Positions 14,215 to 27,326 of a stretch of DNA of 64,000 bases are shown piece after piece (position 1 is the stretch's first letter; the number at the start of each line of letters is the position of its first letter). Under the pieces are notes generated by a model. That model did no database searches. It was not told where the DNA came from and saw nothing but the letters and a program-made list of their open reading frames with translations. Source of the stretch: Eledone cirrhosa (taxonomy: Eukaryota); assembly GCA_964016885.1 (NCBI GenBank), contig OZ024761.1, forward strand, positions 9,920,001-9,984,000, given 5' to 3'. A program made the position numbers and the translations under genes.

Positions 14215-14416
14215 TGTGAGAAAAATCTCCATCTCAACTCTACTTTTGAAAAGCAGAAGAACTGCGAAACCGGTAAAGGAACCAAATAAATATATATATA
14301 TTTTTTTAAATAAGACTCCAGTTGCATTTTCGATTTCATCTTTTTTTCTTTATACTTTCACTCGTGTAGGATACCTCGGTTATTTTTCATTTTTCATTTT
14401 GTAAAAAGAAACTCAC

Positions 14417-14422
<6 letters not shown>
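14215..14422 (+). mobile_element. Decayed PLE-type terminal fragment with mutated hammerhead
   Basis: CTT-TTGAAAA-GCAG-AAGAA-CTGC-GAAA-CCGG-TA-AAG at about 14243-14278; downstream CTTTATACTTTCACTCGTGT shared with 16826. Confidence 0.55.
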
Positions 14423-14491
<69 letters not shown>

Positions 14492-14819
14492 CATACCACA
14501 TACATATCTGTATTATATATAAATATGTGTGTGTGTGTATCTGCAGGATATGGCAAAGATCTGTAGACATTGTTTGGACATTTTCTCACAGTATTTCTTA
14601 AAGGTAGACATGCTTATTCTCCGCTTATAACGCAAAAACAACAGCACTATAAACAACACTACAAAGATGCTACATGAGAAATACGTTCTTTTTAAATGTG
14701 AAGCATAAAAAGGGCTCTGATACGTTTTTGGCTTTGAGCATGTATCTTCTTAAGTTAACTAGTTGGTTGTTATGGACCCACTAGGTAACTAATGGGTTAC
14801 TTTCTCTCTGCGGTGGATC

Positions 14820-15000
14820 GGCAGTATCGGTTGAACGTCGGACGCCATGCTTTTCAGCATAGAGTTACGACTCTTTCCGCTCTGAGTTCAAATCCTGCCG
14901 AGTTTAACTTTGCCTTTCATCTTTACGGAGTCGATAAAATAAAGTACCAGTAATGCACTGGGGTAATTGCTGGCCTTGTGCCAAAAGTAGAAACAATTAT
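14820..15000 (+). mobile_element. tRNA-type SINE
   Basis: GGCAGTATCGGT head, GAGTTCAAATCC B-box, conserved core, GTAGAAACAATTA end. Confidence 0.85.
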
Positions 15001-15071
15001 ATATTACTACAATCTTGTAGTTCCATTTATGAATGTAGATGAGTTTATGTGTGTGTCTATGAATATGTCTT

Positions 15072-15127
<56 letters not shown>

Positions 15128-15319
15128 GTGGTTGCCGTTATGTTAGTCACTGTTGTCATGAATGCGTTTTTGTCTACTAGGGATCTCAGTCGGAGCAGAG
15201 GTGAGTGTGTATGCATATATACATACATACATCCACACACACACATATACATATATATATATGTGTATATAGAATTTATTTCAGATAGAAATAGCTTCTA
15301 AAGCACTATTTTATTCGGT

Positions 15320-16045
<726 letters not shown>

Positions 16046-16154
16046 ATAATACTCGACTATTCAATCGTCAATCGTGAGATACAATTCTCTATATGTTCCA
16101 GTCATTAGTTGGGTGGACATGTTGGTGTATGTATGTGTGTATGTATATGTGTGA

Positions 16155-16188
<34 letters not shown>

Positions 16189-16354
16189 ATGAGAATGAAT
16201 GCCACAATACCACCACTGTCTGATCTTCACCCCGTCACCATCACCCACCCCACCAGACAGATGTAGACCCAAACTATAGATAGATGTACATCAATAAACC
16301 ACACACATACACACTTATATATATATGTCTGTGTGTGTATGTGTGTGTGTGCAT

Positions 16355-16455
16355 GTCGATAAATAAAGTACCAGTAATGCACTGGGGTTGATTTAACCGA
16401 CTTTCTCCTTCCCTTCAAATTGCTAGCCTTGTACCTAAAGTAGATTCAATTATTA
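16355..16455 (+). mobile_element. SINE 3' fragment
   Basis: GTCGATAAATAAAGTACCAGTAATGCACTGGGG...TTGCTAGCCTTGT. Confidence 0.7.
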
Positions 16456-16528
16456 TAGGGATTTTCTGCCCTAGGGTTTTCTGCCCTAGGTTTTTCTTCC
16501 TAATAATCGTCTCTTTCGCCCTGTTTTC

Positions 16529-16574
<46 letters not shown>

Positions 16575-16578
<4 letters not shown>

Positions 16579-16878
16579 GGTAAACATAAATAACAACACA
16601 ATCGGTACAGTATATATTAGGTTAATGCTTGATATAGCAGGAAGAGGGTCTTAACGTTTCGGGCGATTGTCCTTCAGCAGAAGAAAGAATGAGAAATAAG
16701 ATAGATTAAGGGGACGGACGCGTTGGAATTGGAAAAAATGTCTTTAGATAAAAATAACAGGTCCATTCATGTTGACATATATATATAAATATAAATATTC
16801 TTTAAAAGGCTCTCAATTTCTTTTCTTTATACTTTCACTCGTGTCGGACATCTCGTTTTTTTTTTTGTTTTTTTTTCA
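16575..16878 (-). mobile_element. PLE-type short element (family F4) with decayed hammerhead core, followed by a fragment interrupted by a Helitron
   Basis: Homologous to 55877-56095; minus strand CTGCTGA-A-GGAC-AATC-GCCC-GAAACGTT. Confidence 0.65.
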
Positions 16879-17829
16879 TCTATATATATAAAACTGAGGT
16901 TGTCTGTCTGTCTATCGATTTTTGGCACACATCTCCTCTTAGAATCTCTCACGGAATTGCACCGAAATTGCTATACTTGTACATTGAGCCCTAGCGAAGA
17001 CATCGGAAAAAAAATATTTCAAATTGACCCGCCCTATCTGACGAAATCGAATATAATGTATCGATTTTTGAGCGTAAGTTATCAGTTATTTCCCTTTGTT
17101 CTGTTTACATTGAGCGTCTTACGTAAAAAATTACGCTGACACGAACAGTTGTCGAGCCAGCAAAATATTGACCTGCAAAATTCATCAGTTCGAACACTAA
17201 GCTTCCGTTTTGCTTCATTTCCATTTAAAAGCATTTTAAAACAATATTTTTACTTGAAAACAAGTCTATTTAAAGACTACGTAAAACAAGCAAATATTTC
17301 GTCGTTAGGCGTGCAGACAGACAGTCGTGCAGACAGACAGTCGCGCAGAGAGGTGATATACGCGTGCAGACAGATAGTCGTGCAGAGAGGTGATATAGGC
17401 GTGCAGACAGACAGTCGTGCAGAGAGGTGATATAGGCGTGCAGACAGACAGTCGTGCAGAGAGGTGATATAGGCGTGCAGACAGACAGTCGTGCAGAGAG
17501 GTGATATAGGCGTGCAGACAGACATAACTGATAATTTGGTTACGCTAATGTTTTTCTCTGCGTTGCAGTGTTTACATTTTCGATCTTTGTTAATAAATAA
17601 CCAGTGCAGTTTCTATCCCCAGCATCCTCTTTTGTTATAACATTCGGGTTATCGTTATGTTTTCTTAACTTCATAAGGCATATTGTTGGTTGAGGGAATA
17701 TTAATCAAAAACACCACATGCAAGTCTGCACAGTAGACACTACAGTTTTTAAGCCAAGAAAGAAACTTAACATTGTAACTTTAACACAGCTACTGAGCGA
17801 CCCCGAGCAACGCCGGGCTTTACTGCTAG
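16879..17829 (+). mobile_element. Non-autonomous Helitron, ~950 bp
   Basis: Starts TCTATATATATAAAA after an A, ends CTAG before a T, subterminal hairpin CCCGAGCAACGCCGGG at 17802-17817, no TSD, internal 37-bp tandem repeat at 17308-17524. Confidence 0.88.
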
Positions 17830-18249
17830 TTTAAAATAAAACTCATTTTCTTAAATATATATATTGCTCTCTCTTATCACTTCTTACCAGCCAAACTATT
17901 GCAATATTGCACTTATCCTCCCTTGAAAAAAAACACAATAAAACACTCTTTATTCAATTCTATCTTGAGCAACACTTCTCTCCTTAAACATCATTTTCAT
18001 AAGTAGCCATTTATTGTTTTTAAGAAGTTTATTACACCCTACTTGCTCAAGACCTCTTAACTATTCTTCTAACCTATCATATTCCTTACTAATTATACAC
18101 ACATATATATTATACACACACACATATATACCCTGCTTCACTGCTTCAAAAAACAGGATCGGGTTTTTATTTACACGTTTGTTCGTACATTTCTCTCTAC
18201 TCGTATTCCCTCTGTTTCAGACCCGCAAATTTATTGTCATCTGTACATA

Positions 18250-18625
18250 GTCCTCCTCCTCCTCCTCCACCACCACCTCCTCCTCCTCCTCCTCCTCCTC
18301 CTCCTCCTCTTCTTCTTCTTCTTCTCCTCCTCCTCCTCCTTCGTCCCCTTATTCATGGGAGTACCGTGGTGCCAGAGTCCACAACACAAACACTCCTTAG
18401 AGCGAGTCCTGTCAGAATTAAGCGTTTCCAATTGATCCGCCTCCCTTGCCGTCCTCCGGAGAAACGCCTTCTCCATGATATCCGCCGGGGCTGTGGGGAG
18501 GCCACCAATATGATTGACTGACTTGTCATTTTATCTGTCAACTGTTGCTGTCGTTAACATCTATTGTCGCTAGAGCAGCCGAGATGGTTGGATGTTATCC
18601 AGCCATCTTGCTTGAGGTCTACGCC
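18250..18625 (-). mobile_element. Possible decayed RTE-type LINE 3' end with (GGA/GAA)n tail
   Basis: Minus strand reads GRPQARWLDNI, resembling the RTE C-terminal GRP..RW.D motif, then runs into a purine trinucleotide tail. Confidence 0.45.
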
Positions 18626-18632
18626 TGTATAA

Positions 18633-21600
18633 AGTACAGTGTGTGTATATGTGTATGTCAGTATGCAGTACAGTATGTGTATGTTAGTGTACAGTACAGT
18701 GTGTGTATGTCAGTGTGCAGTACAGTGTGTGTATGTTAGTGTGCAGTACAGTGTGTGTACGTTAGTGTGCAGTACAGTGTGTGTATGTCAGTATGCAGTA
18801 CAGTGTGTGTATGTTAGTGTACAGTACAGTGTGTGTATGTCAGTATGCAGTACAGTGTGTGTACGTTAGTGTGCAGTACAGTGTGTGTACGTTAGTGTGC
18901 AGTACAGTGTGTGTATGTTAGTGTGCAGTACAGTGTGTGTACGTTAGTGTGCAGTACAGTGTGTGTATGTTAGTGTACAGTACAGTGTGTGTATGTCAGT
19001 GTGCAGTACAGTGTGTGTACGTTAGTGTGCAGTACAGTGTGTGTACGTTAGTGTGCAGTACAGTGTGTGTATGTCAGTATGCAGTACAGTGTGTGTATGT
19101 TAGTGTACAGTACAGTGTGTGTATGTCAGTATGCAGTACAGTGTGTGTACGTTAGTGTGCAGTACAGTGTGTGTACGTTAGTGTGCAGTACAGTGTGTGT
19201 ACGTTAGTGTACAGTACAGTGTGTGTACGTTAGTGTACAGTACAGTGTGTGTACGTTAGTGTACAGTACAGTGTGTGTACGTTAGTGTGCAGTACAGTGT
19301 GTGTACGTTAGTGTGCAGTACAGTGTGTGTATGTCAGTATGCAGTACAGTGTGTGTACGTTAGTGTACAGTACAGTGTGTGTACGTTAGTGTGCAGTACA
19401 GTGTGTGTATGTCAGTATGCAGTACAGTGTGTGTACGTTAGTGTACAGTACAGTGTGTGTACGTTAGTATGCAGTACAGTGTGTGTATGTCAGTATGCAG
19501 TACAGTGTGTGTACGTTAGTGTGCAGTACAGTGTGTGTATGTCAGTATGCAGTAAAGTGTGTGTACGTTAGTGTACAGTACAGTGTGTGTACGTTAGTGT
19601 GCAGTACAGTGTGTGTACGTTAGTGTGCAGTACAGTGTGTGTACGTTAGTGTACAGTACAGTGTGTGTACGTTAGTGTGCAGTACAGTGTGTGTACGTTA
19701 GTGTGCAGTACAGTGTGTGTATGTCAGTATGCAGTACAGTTTGTGTACGTTAGTGTACAGTACAGTGTGTGTACGTTAGTGTGCAGTACAGTGTGTGTAC
19801 GTTAGTGTACAGTACAGTGTGTGTACGTTAGTGTACAGTACAGTGTGTGTACGTTAGTGTGCAGTACAGTGTGTGTACGTTAGTGTGCAGTACAGTGTGT
19901 GTACGTTAGTGTGCAGTACAGTGTGTGTACGTTAGTGTACAGTACAGTGTGTGTACGTTAGTGTACAGTACAGTGTGTGTACGTTAGTGTGCAGTACAGT
20001 GTGTGTACGTTAGTGTACAGTACAGTGTGTGTACGTTAGTGTGCAGTACAGTGTGTGTACGTTAGTGTACAGTACAGTGTGTGTACGTTAGTGTGCAGTA
20101 CAGTGTGTGTATGTCAGTGTACAGTACAGTGTGTGTATGTCAGTGTACAGTACAGTGTGTGTATGTCAGTGTACAGTACAGTGTGTGTATGTCAGTGTAC
20201 AGTACAGTGTGTGTATGTCAGTGTACAGTACAGTGTGTGTATGTTAGTGTGCAGTACAGTGTGTGTACGTTAGTGTGCAGTACAGTGTGTGTACGTTAGT
20301 GTACAGTACAGTGTGTGTACGTTAGTGTACAGTACAGTGTGTGTACGTTAGTGTGCAGTACAGTGTGTGTACGTTAGTGTGCAGTACAGTGTGTGTATGT
20401 CAGTATGCAGTACAGTGTGTGTACGTTAGTGTACAGTACAGTGTGTGTACGTTAGTGTACAGTACAGTGTGTGTACGTTAGTGTGCAGTACAGTGTGTGT
20501 ACGTTAGTGTACAGTACAGTGTGTGTACGTTAGTGTGCAGTACAGTGTGTGTATGTCAGTATGCAGTACAGTGTGTGTACGTTAGTGTACAGTACAGTGT
20601 GTGTACGTTAGTGTACAGTACAGTGTGTGTACGTTAGTGTGCAGTACAGTGTGTGTACGTTAGTGTACAGTACAGTGTGTGTACGTTAGTGTGCAGTACA
20701 GTGTGTGTACGTTAGTGTACCGTACAGTGTGTGTACGTTAGTGTACAGTACAGTGTATGTACGTTAGTGTGCAGTACAGTGTGTGTACGTTAGTGTGCAG
20801 TACAGTGTGTGTATGTCAGTATGCAGTACAGTGTGTGTACGTTAGTGTACAGTACAGTGTGTGTACGTTAGTGTACAGTACAGTGTGTGTAGGTTAGTGT
20901 GCAGTACAGTGTGTGTACGTTAGTGTACAGTACAGTGTGTGTACGTTAGTGTGCAGTACAGTGTGTGTATGTCAGTATGCAGTACAGTGTGTGTACGTTA
21001 GTGTACAGTACAGTGTGTGTACGTTAGTGTACAGTACAGTGTGTGTACGTTAGTGTGCAGTACAGTGTGTGTACGTTAGTGTACAGTACAGTGTGTGTAC
21101 GTTAGTGTGCAGTACAGTGTTGTACGTTAGTGTGCAGTACAGTGTGTGTATGTCAGTATGCAGTACAGTGTGTGTACGTTAGTGTACAGTACAGTGTGTG
21201 TACGTTAGTGTGCAGTACAGTGTGTGTACGTTAGTGTGCAGTACAGTGTGTGTACGTTAGTGTGCAGTACAGTGTGTGTACGTTAGTGTACAGTACAGTG
21301 TGTGTACGTTAGTGTACAGTACAGTGTGTGTACGTTAGTGTGCAGTACAGTGTGTGTATGTCAGTGTACAGTACAGTGTGTGTATGTCAGTGTACAGTAC
21401 AGTGTGTGTATGTCAGTGTGCAGTACAGTGTGTGTACGTTAGTGTGCAGTACAGTGTGTGTATGTCAGTGTACAGTACAGTGTGTGTATGTCAGTGTACA
21501 GTACAGTGTGTGTATGTTAGTGTACAGTACAGTGTGTGTATGTCAGTGTACAGTACAGTGTGTGTATGTTAGTGTACAGTACAGTGTGTGTATGTTAGTG

Positions 21601-23482
21601 TGCAGTACAGTGTGTGTATGTTAGTGTACAGTACAGTGTATGTATGTCAGTGTACAGTACAGTGTGTGTATGTCAGTGTACAGTACATTGTGTGTATGTC
21701 AGTGTACAGTACAGTGTGTGTATGTCAGTGTACAGTACAGTGTGTGTATGTCAGTGTGCAGTACAGTGTGTGTACGTTAGTGTACAGTACAGTGTGTGTA
21801 TGTTAGTGTGCAGTACAGTGTGTGTATGTCAGTGTACAGTACAGTGTGTGTATGTCAGTGTACAGTACAGTGTGTGTATGTCAGTGTACAGTACAGTGTG
21901 TGTATGTCAGTGTACAGTACAGTGTGTGTATATCAGTGTACAGTACAGTGTGTGTATGTCAGTGTGCAGTACAGTGTGTGTACGTTAGTGTACAGTACAG
22001 TGTGTGTATGTCAGTGTACAGTACAGTGTGTGTATGTCAGTGTACAGTACAGTGTGTGTATGTTAGTGTGCAGTACAGTGTGTGTATGTTAGTGTGCAGT
22101 ACAGTGTGTGTATGTCAGTGTACAGTACAGTGTGTGTATGTTAGTGTGCAGTACAGTGTGTGTATGTTAGTGTGCAGTACAGTGTGTGTATGTCAGTGTA
22201 CAGTACAGTGTGTGTATGTTAGTGTACAGTACAGTGTGTGTATGTCAGTGTACAGTACAGTGTGTGTATGTCAGTGTGCAGTACAGTGTGTGTATGTTAG
22301 TGTGCAGTACAGTGTGCGTATGTCAGTGTGCAGTACAGTGTGTGTATGTCAGTGTACAGTACAGTGTGTGTATGTCAGTGTACAGTACAGTGTGTGTATG
22401 TCAGTGTACAGTACAGTGTGTGTATGTCAGTGTGCAGTACAGTGTGTGTACGTTAGTGTACAGTACAGTGTGTGTATGTCAGTGTACAGTACAGTGTGTG
22501 TATGTCAGTGTACAGTACAGTGTGTGTATGTTAGTGTGCAGTACAGTGTGTGTATGTTAGTGTACAGTACAGTGTGTGTATGTCAGTGTACAGTACAGTG
22601 TGTGTATGTCAGTGTACAGTACAGTGTGTGTATGTCAGTGTACAGTACAGTGTGTGTATGTCAGTGTACAGTACAGTGTGTGTATGTTAGTGTGCAGTAC
22701 AGTGTGTGTATGTTAGTGTGCAGTACAGTGTGTGTACGTTAGTGTACAGTACAGTGTGTGTATGTTAGTGTGCAGTACAGTGTGTGTATGTTAGTGTGCA
22801 GTACAGTGTGTGTACGTTAGTGTACAGTACAGTGTGTGTATGTTAGTGTGCAGTACAGTGTGTGTATGTTAGTGTGCAGTACAGTGTGTGTATGTCAGTG
22901 TGCAGTACAGTGTGTGTATGTCAGTGTACAGTACAGTGTGTGTATGTTAGTGTGCAGTACAGTGTGTGTATGTTAGTGTGCAGTACAGTGTGTGTATATT
23001 AGTGTGCAGTACAGTGTGTGTACGTTAGTGTACAGTACAGTGTGTGTATGTTAGTGTGCAGTACAGTGTGTGTATGTCATTTTACAGTACAGTGTGTGTA
23101 CGTTAGTGTACAGTACAGTGTGTGTATGTTAGTGTGCAGTACAGTGTGTGTATGTTAGTGTGCAGTACAGTGTGTGTATGTCAGTGTACAGTACAGTGTG
23201 TGTACGTTAGTGTACAGTACAGTGTGTGTACGTTAGTGTGCAGTACAGTGTGTGTACGTTAGTGTACAGTACAGTGTGTGTACGTTAGTGTACAGTACAG
23301 TGTGTGTATGTCAGTGTACAGTACAGTGTGTGTATGTCAGTGTACAGTACAGTGTGTGTATGTCAGTGTACAGTACAGTGTGTGTATGTCAGTGTACAGT
23401 ACAGTGTGTGTATGTTAGTGTGCAGTACAGTGTGTGTATGTTAGTGTGCAGTACAGTGTGTTTATGTTAGTGTGCAGTACAG
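18633..23482. repeat. 26-bp satellite, about 186 copies
   Basis: Unit CAGTACAGTGTGTGTAYGTYAGTRTR with strict 26-bp period over ~4.85 kb. Confidence 0.97.
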
Positions 23483-23635
23483 TTCTGACGGTGAACAGAT
23501 GTTTCATTGCCTCATCTTGTTCACTGAGAGTCCTTTCAGATCACGTGGGCGGATGGACACAGTGAACAGAGGAAAGAAATGTTGACCGGACAATGAATAA
23601 TGGGACGGTTATTATCTGACAGGACCAAGCAATCA

Positions 23636-23672
<37 letters not shown>

Positions 23673-23756
23673 CATATATACCCATATATATGCATATTTT
23701 TATATATCTACATATATATGTACACACACACATATACACATATATTTATGCCCATA

Positions 23757-23801
<45 letters not shown>

Positions 23802-23846
23802 ACACATACACACACTCATATATATGTGTATATATGAATGTATATA

Positions 23847-23923
<77 letters not shown>

Positions 23924-24029
23924 ATTTATATATATATATATATAGTGGTTTCCACCTGTTTGTGTCAGAGCTCATAATGGTAGGACTCAATGTGGCCCTG
24001 AAGAGATGGTCTCTGTCCTATAATTGTTG

Positions 24030-24061
24030 TTGTAGTAGTAGTAGCAGTAGTAGTAGTAGTC

Positions 24062-24103
<42 letters not shown>

Positions 24104-24104
24104 A

Positions 24105-24156
<52 letters not shown>

Positions 24157-24240
24157 TTGTTTTTGTTTCTACAAGCTGTACGCTACCACCACCACCAACA
24201 TTACTACTACTACTACTACGACTACTACTACCACCACCAT

Positions 24241-24272
<32 letters not shown>

Positions 24273-24640
24273 TACTTACAACACCTTTAAGTGATAACTC
24301 CCAACATTGCCAGCTTGACTTCGAATTCCCAGGGGACATTGTGACGTTCAGATAAGAAATAAACACATATGGAACAGGCGGTGGTGGGGGTGGGGGTGAG
24401 TGTGAAGACCACCACAATACCACCACAACACAAACACCACCATGCCACCACTACACCACCACACGACAACCACGACGACCATCACACAACAACACTACCA
24501 TCAACACCACCACCACACAGCTACCACCACACACAACCACCACCACTACCACCACACCACCACCACCACTACCACCACACAACGACAACCACCACCACCA
24601 CCACTACCATCAACACCACCACCAACAACAACAACACTAA
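24030..24640. repeat. (AGT)n, (CTA)n and (CCA)n low-complexity tracts
   Basis: Direct reading. Confidence 0.9.
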
Positions 24641-25118
24641 CAAAATATTCCTTTCTAAAAAAAAAAAAAAACCCTTTCCTTTCTTTATTTTATTTTTCTT
24701 CCTCCAGAAAAGTCAAAGGATTAAATGACGTAAGTAGCTTAGATAAAACGAGATTTAAACTTGCTGTGATTTTCGGTATATATCAGAAAGAGAATTAAAA
24801 ATAGGAGCAGAATTTCCCTCAAACCGTCTTTTATTTCATTTGGTTTCAATACATTACTTTATATCACATTATATCAAATTATATTACATTATATTACATA
24901 CGACAGACTCTTTCTTGTTTTTTTTATCGTCGCGGAAGCCATTATCGTCTGCTCAAACTTAAACTTTATCTTATCGTCGTCGTCGTCGTGTCGATGTGAG
25001 GTAATGAATTCAGGGTTTCTTGCCTCACATCTCGGAGGTTGTTTTTCGTTATTTCGTGGGCCGAAATGCGAATCTTGATAATTTATGTTTGTTTATATAT
25101 ATATATATATATATATAT

Positions 25119-25253
25119 AGGAAAATGTTTAACCCCGACGGCAGAGCTCAAGCCGTTTCGACGGCTATTTCCTATTACTCACTCTATTACCCTAAGTATT
25201 GAGTACTCTGGTGCGTTATGGTCCATCTGGTTCCTTACCACACTTCCTTCGTT
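25119..25253 (+). mobile_element. Family F2 short element, internally deleted
   Basis: Reverse complement of the 10105 element end (GGTTCCTTACCACACTTCCTTCGTTA), flanked by (TA)n. Confidence 0.75.
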
Positions 25254-25267
25254 ATATATATACATAT

Positions 25268-25368
<101 letters not shown>

Positions 25369-25595
25369 CTGTTTTCTCTTTCCCTCCCCTTTGCTCCTTC
25401 TTCCGTTTTCCCAATAACTTACCCAGTTATTGAACGCCCTGGGCGGTAGATATCTTGTCTTTAAAGCGTAGAAATATCCGAGACCCCCAGTAAACAACTA
25501 ATGAGGACCCCCCACCCTCCCCGTTCTTGCTTTCTTCGTATTCCCACTGCATTTTAAGTTACCTAAAATAGCAACTACACAGCCATTTCTATTCT

Positions 25596-25656
<61 letters not shown>

Positions 25657-25664
25657 TATATATA

Positions 25665-26188
25665 TTGTTATGCTTTGGGAGGGTCATGTTGCCAATCAGA
25701 AACACACGCACCAGTTGCTTTCACTCCAATTTATAAACTTAAGAATTTATAAATTTCCAGTTGGTTGGTTGGTTCCATAACCGGGCGGTTGTTCATATAT
25801 TGTCAAAGTTCTTTCGTCACACATTCTGTGACCTCTTCAGTGACTGGGGATTCTTTTCTTTGTTTTGTGCCCCTCCTTTGTTGTCCTACGCCATCTTCTT
25901 TTTGTGTGTGTTGTGTGCTTAGTTTGCGCATCTGTTACATCCGGGTGTCTGTGTGTGTTTATATTTGTTTATTTACATGTTACTGGTTGGTTCTTTGTTC
26001 TATATGTGTGTGTGTGTTTTCATTTTGTCCTTAATTGTAAGTTGTGATGTTGCTATTCCACTCATGTTTTCTATTTAATTTTGGTTGCGTGTGTTTCTTA
26101 TTGGCAACATGACCCTCCCAAAGTACAACAATATCGGTTTCAACACACGTTTTCACATAACGAATCTTGCTAAACAAATTCAGAAACG

Positions 26189-26190
<2 letters not shown>
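25665..26190. mobile_element. Fold-back mini-element related to family F1, with hammerhead core on the minus strand
   Basis: Inverted ends TTTGGGAGGGTCATGTTGCCAAT / ATTGGCAACATGACCCTCCCAAA; minus strand GTCA-CTGAAGA-G-GTCACA-GAATG-TGTGAC-GAAA-GAAC-TT-TGAC at 25802-25844; (TA)n on both sides. Confidence 0.75.
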
Positions 26191-26235
<45 letters not shown>

Positions 26236-26823
26236 GACTTTAGAAATTACAAGAAAATAAAATAAAAACAACCCCCATCCCCGTCTACACCTTCTCTCAT
26301 TCCCCTCCACCCCACCTCCCGTCTTACCTCTTCTTCTTCCCTCTCCACCACCCCCATCTACACCTTCTTTCCTTCTTCCCCTCCACCGCCCCCGTCTTTT
26401 CCCCGCTAACCCCTTTCTTCATCTTCATCTTCTTCTTCGTTACCACCATCTTACCTCCACTCCTACCCTCTACCCTCACCCCTCTCCCTCTCCTCACCCC
26501 TCTCTCTACCCTCTATCACCCCCCCTCTCACCACTCCTCTCCTCACAAGAAAAACACTTGTGAGTCAAATAGTTAAAAGTGAGAGAGGTGAGGGTGTGTC
26601 TCCATGTAAACAGGCTGGGCGTGAGATCGCGCCACGGGGTGTCTTACTCTCAGGAGAGGAGCTTCTTTGTTATTAGTAGTAGTATTGTTGTTGTTGTTGA
26701 TGATGATGATATTATCATTATCATCATCACCACCACCACCACTATCGCCACCACCACTGTGTATGCTGGTGTAGCTTTTACTATGTAAATATATATATAT
26801 ATATATATGTATATTTACTTTAA

Positions 26824-26869
<46 letters not shown>

Positions 26870-26935
26870 CATATATATATATATGTGTGTGTGTGTGAAG
26901 GGGTGTGAGTGTATGTGTGCAGGTGTTGCTTTTAC

Positions 26936-27000
<65 letters not shown>

Positions 27001-27260
27001 ATACATATACATATACACCTGTGTATATGTATATGTATGTATATGTATATATGTGTATATATATGTCTGCGTGTGTGTTTGTTTTTAATGAGTTGTTCTT
27101 TGTTGTCTTTTTATGGTGTTCTTTCGTTAATTATTGTTGTTGTTGTTGTTATTATTATTGAATTCCAATCTCGTGATAAAAGGATTGTGATAATGGGTAG
27201 ATAGATAGATAGATAGAGGGAGGGAGAGGGAGGGAGGGAGAGGGAGAGAGACAGACAGAC

Positions 27261-27324
<64 letters not shown>

Positions 27325-27326
<2 letters not shown>

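Noticed and set aside
21822-22742. 306-aa Cys-rich repeat ORF
   Set aside because: Chance open frame in the 26-bp satellite wherever the TAG-containing variant is out of frame
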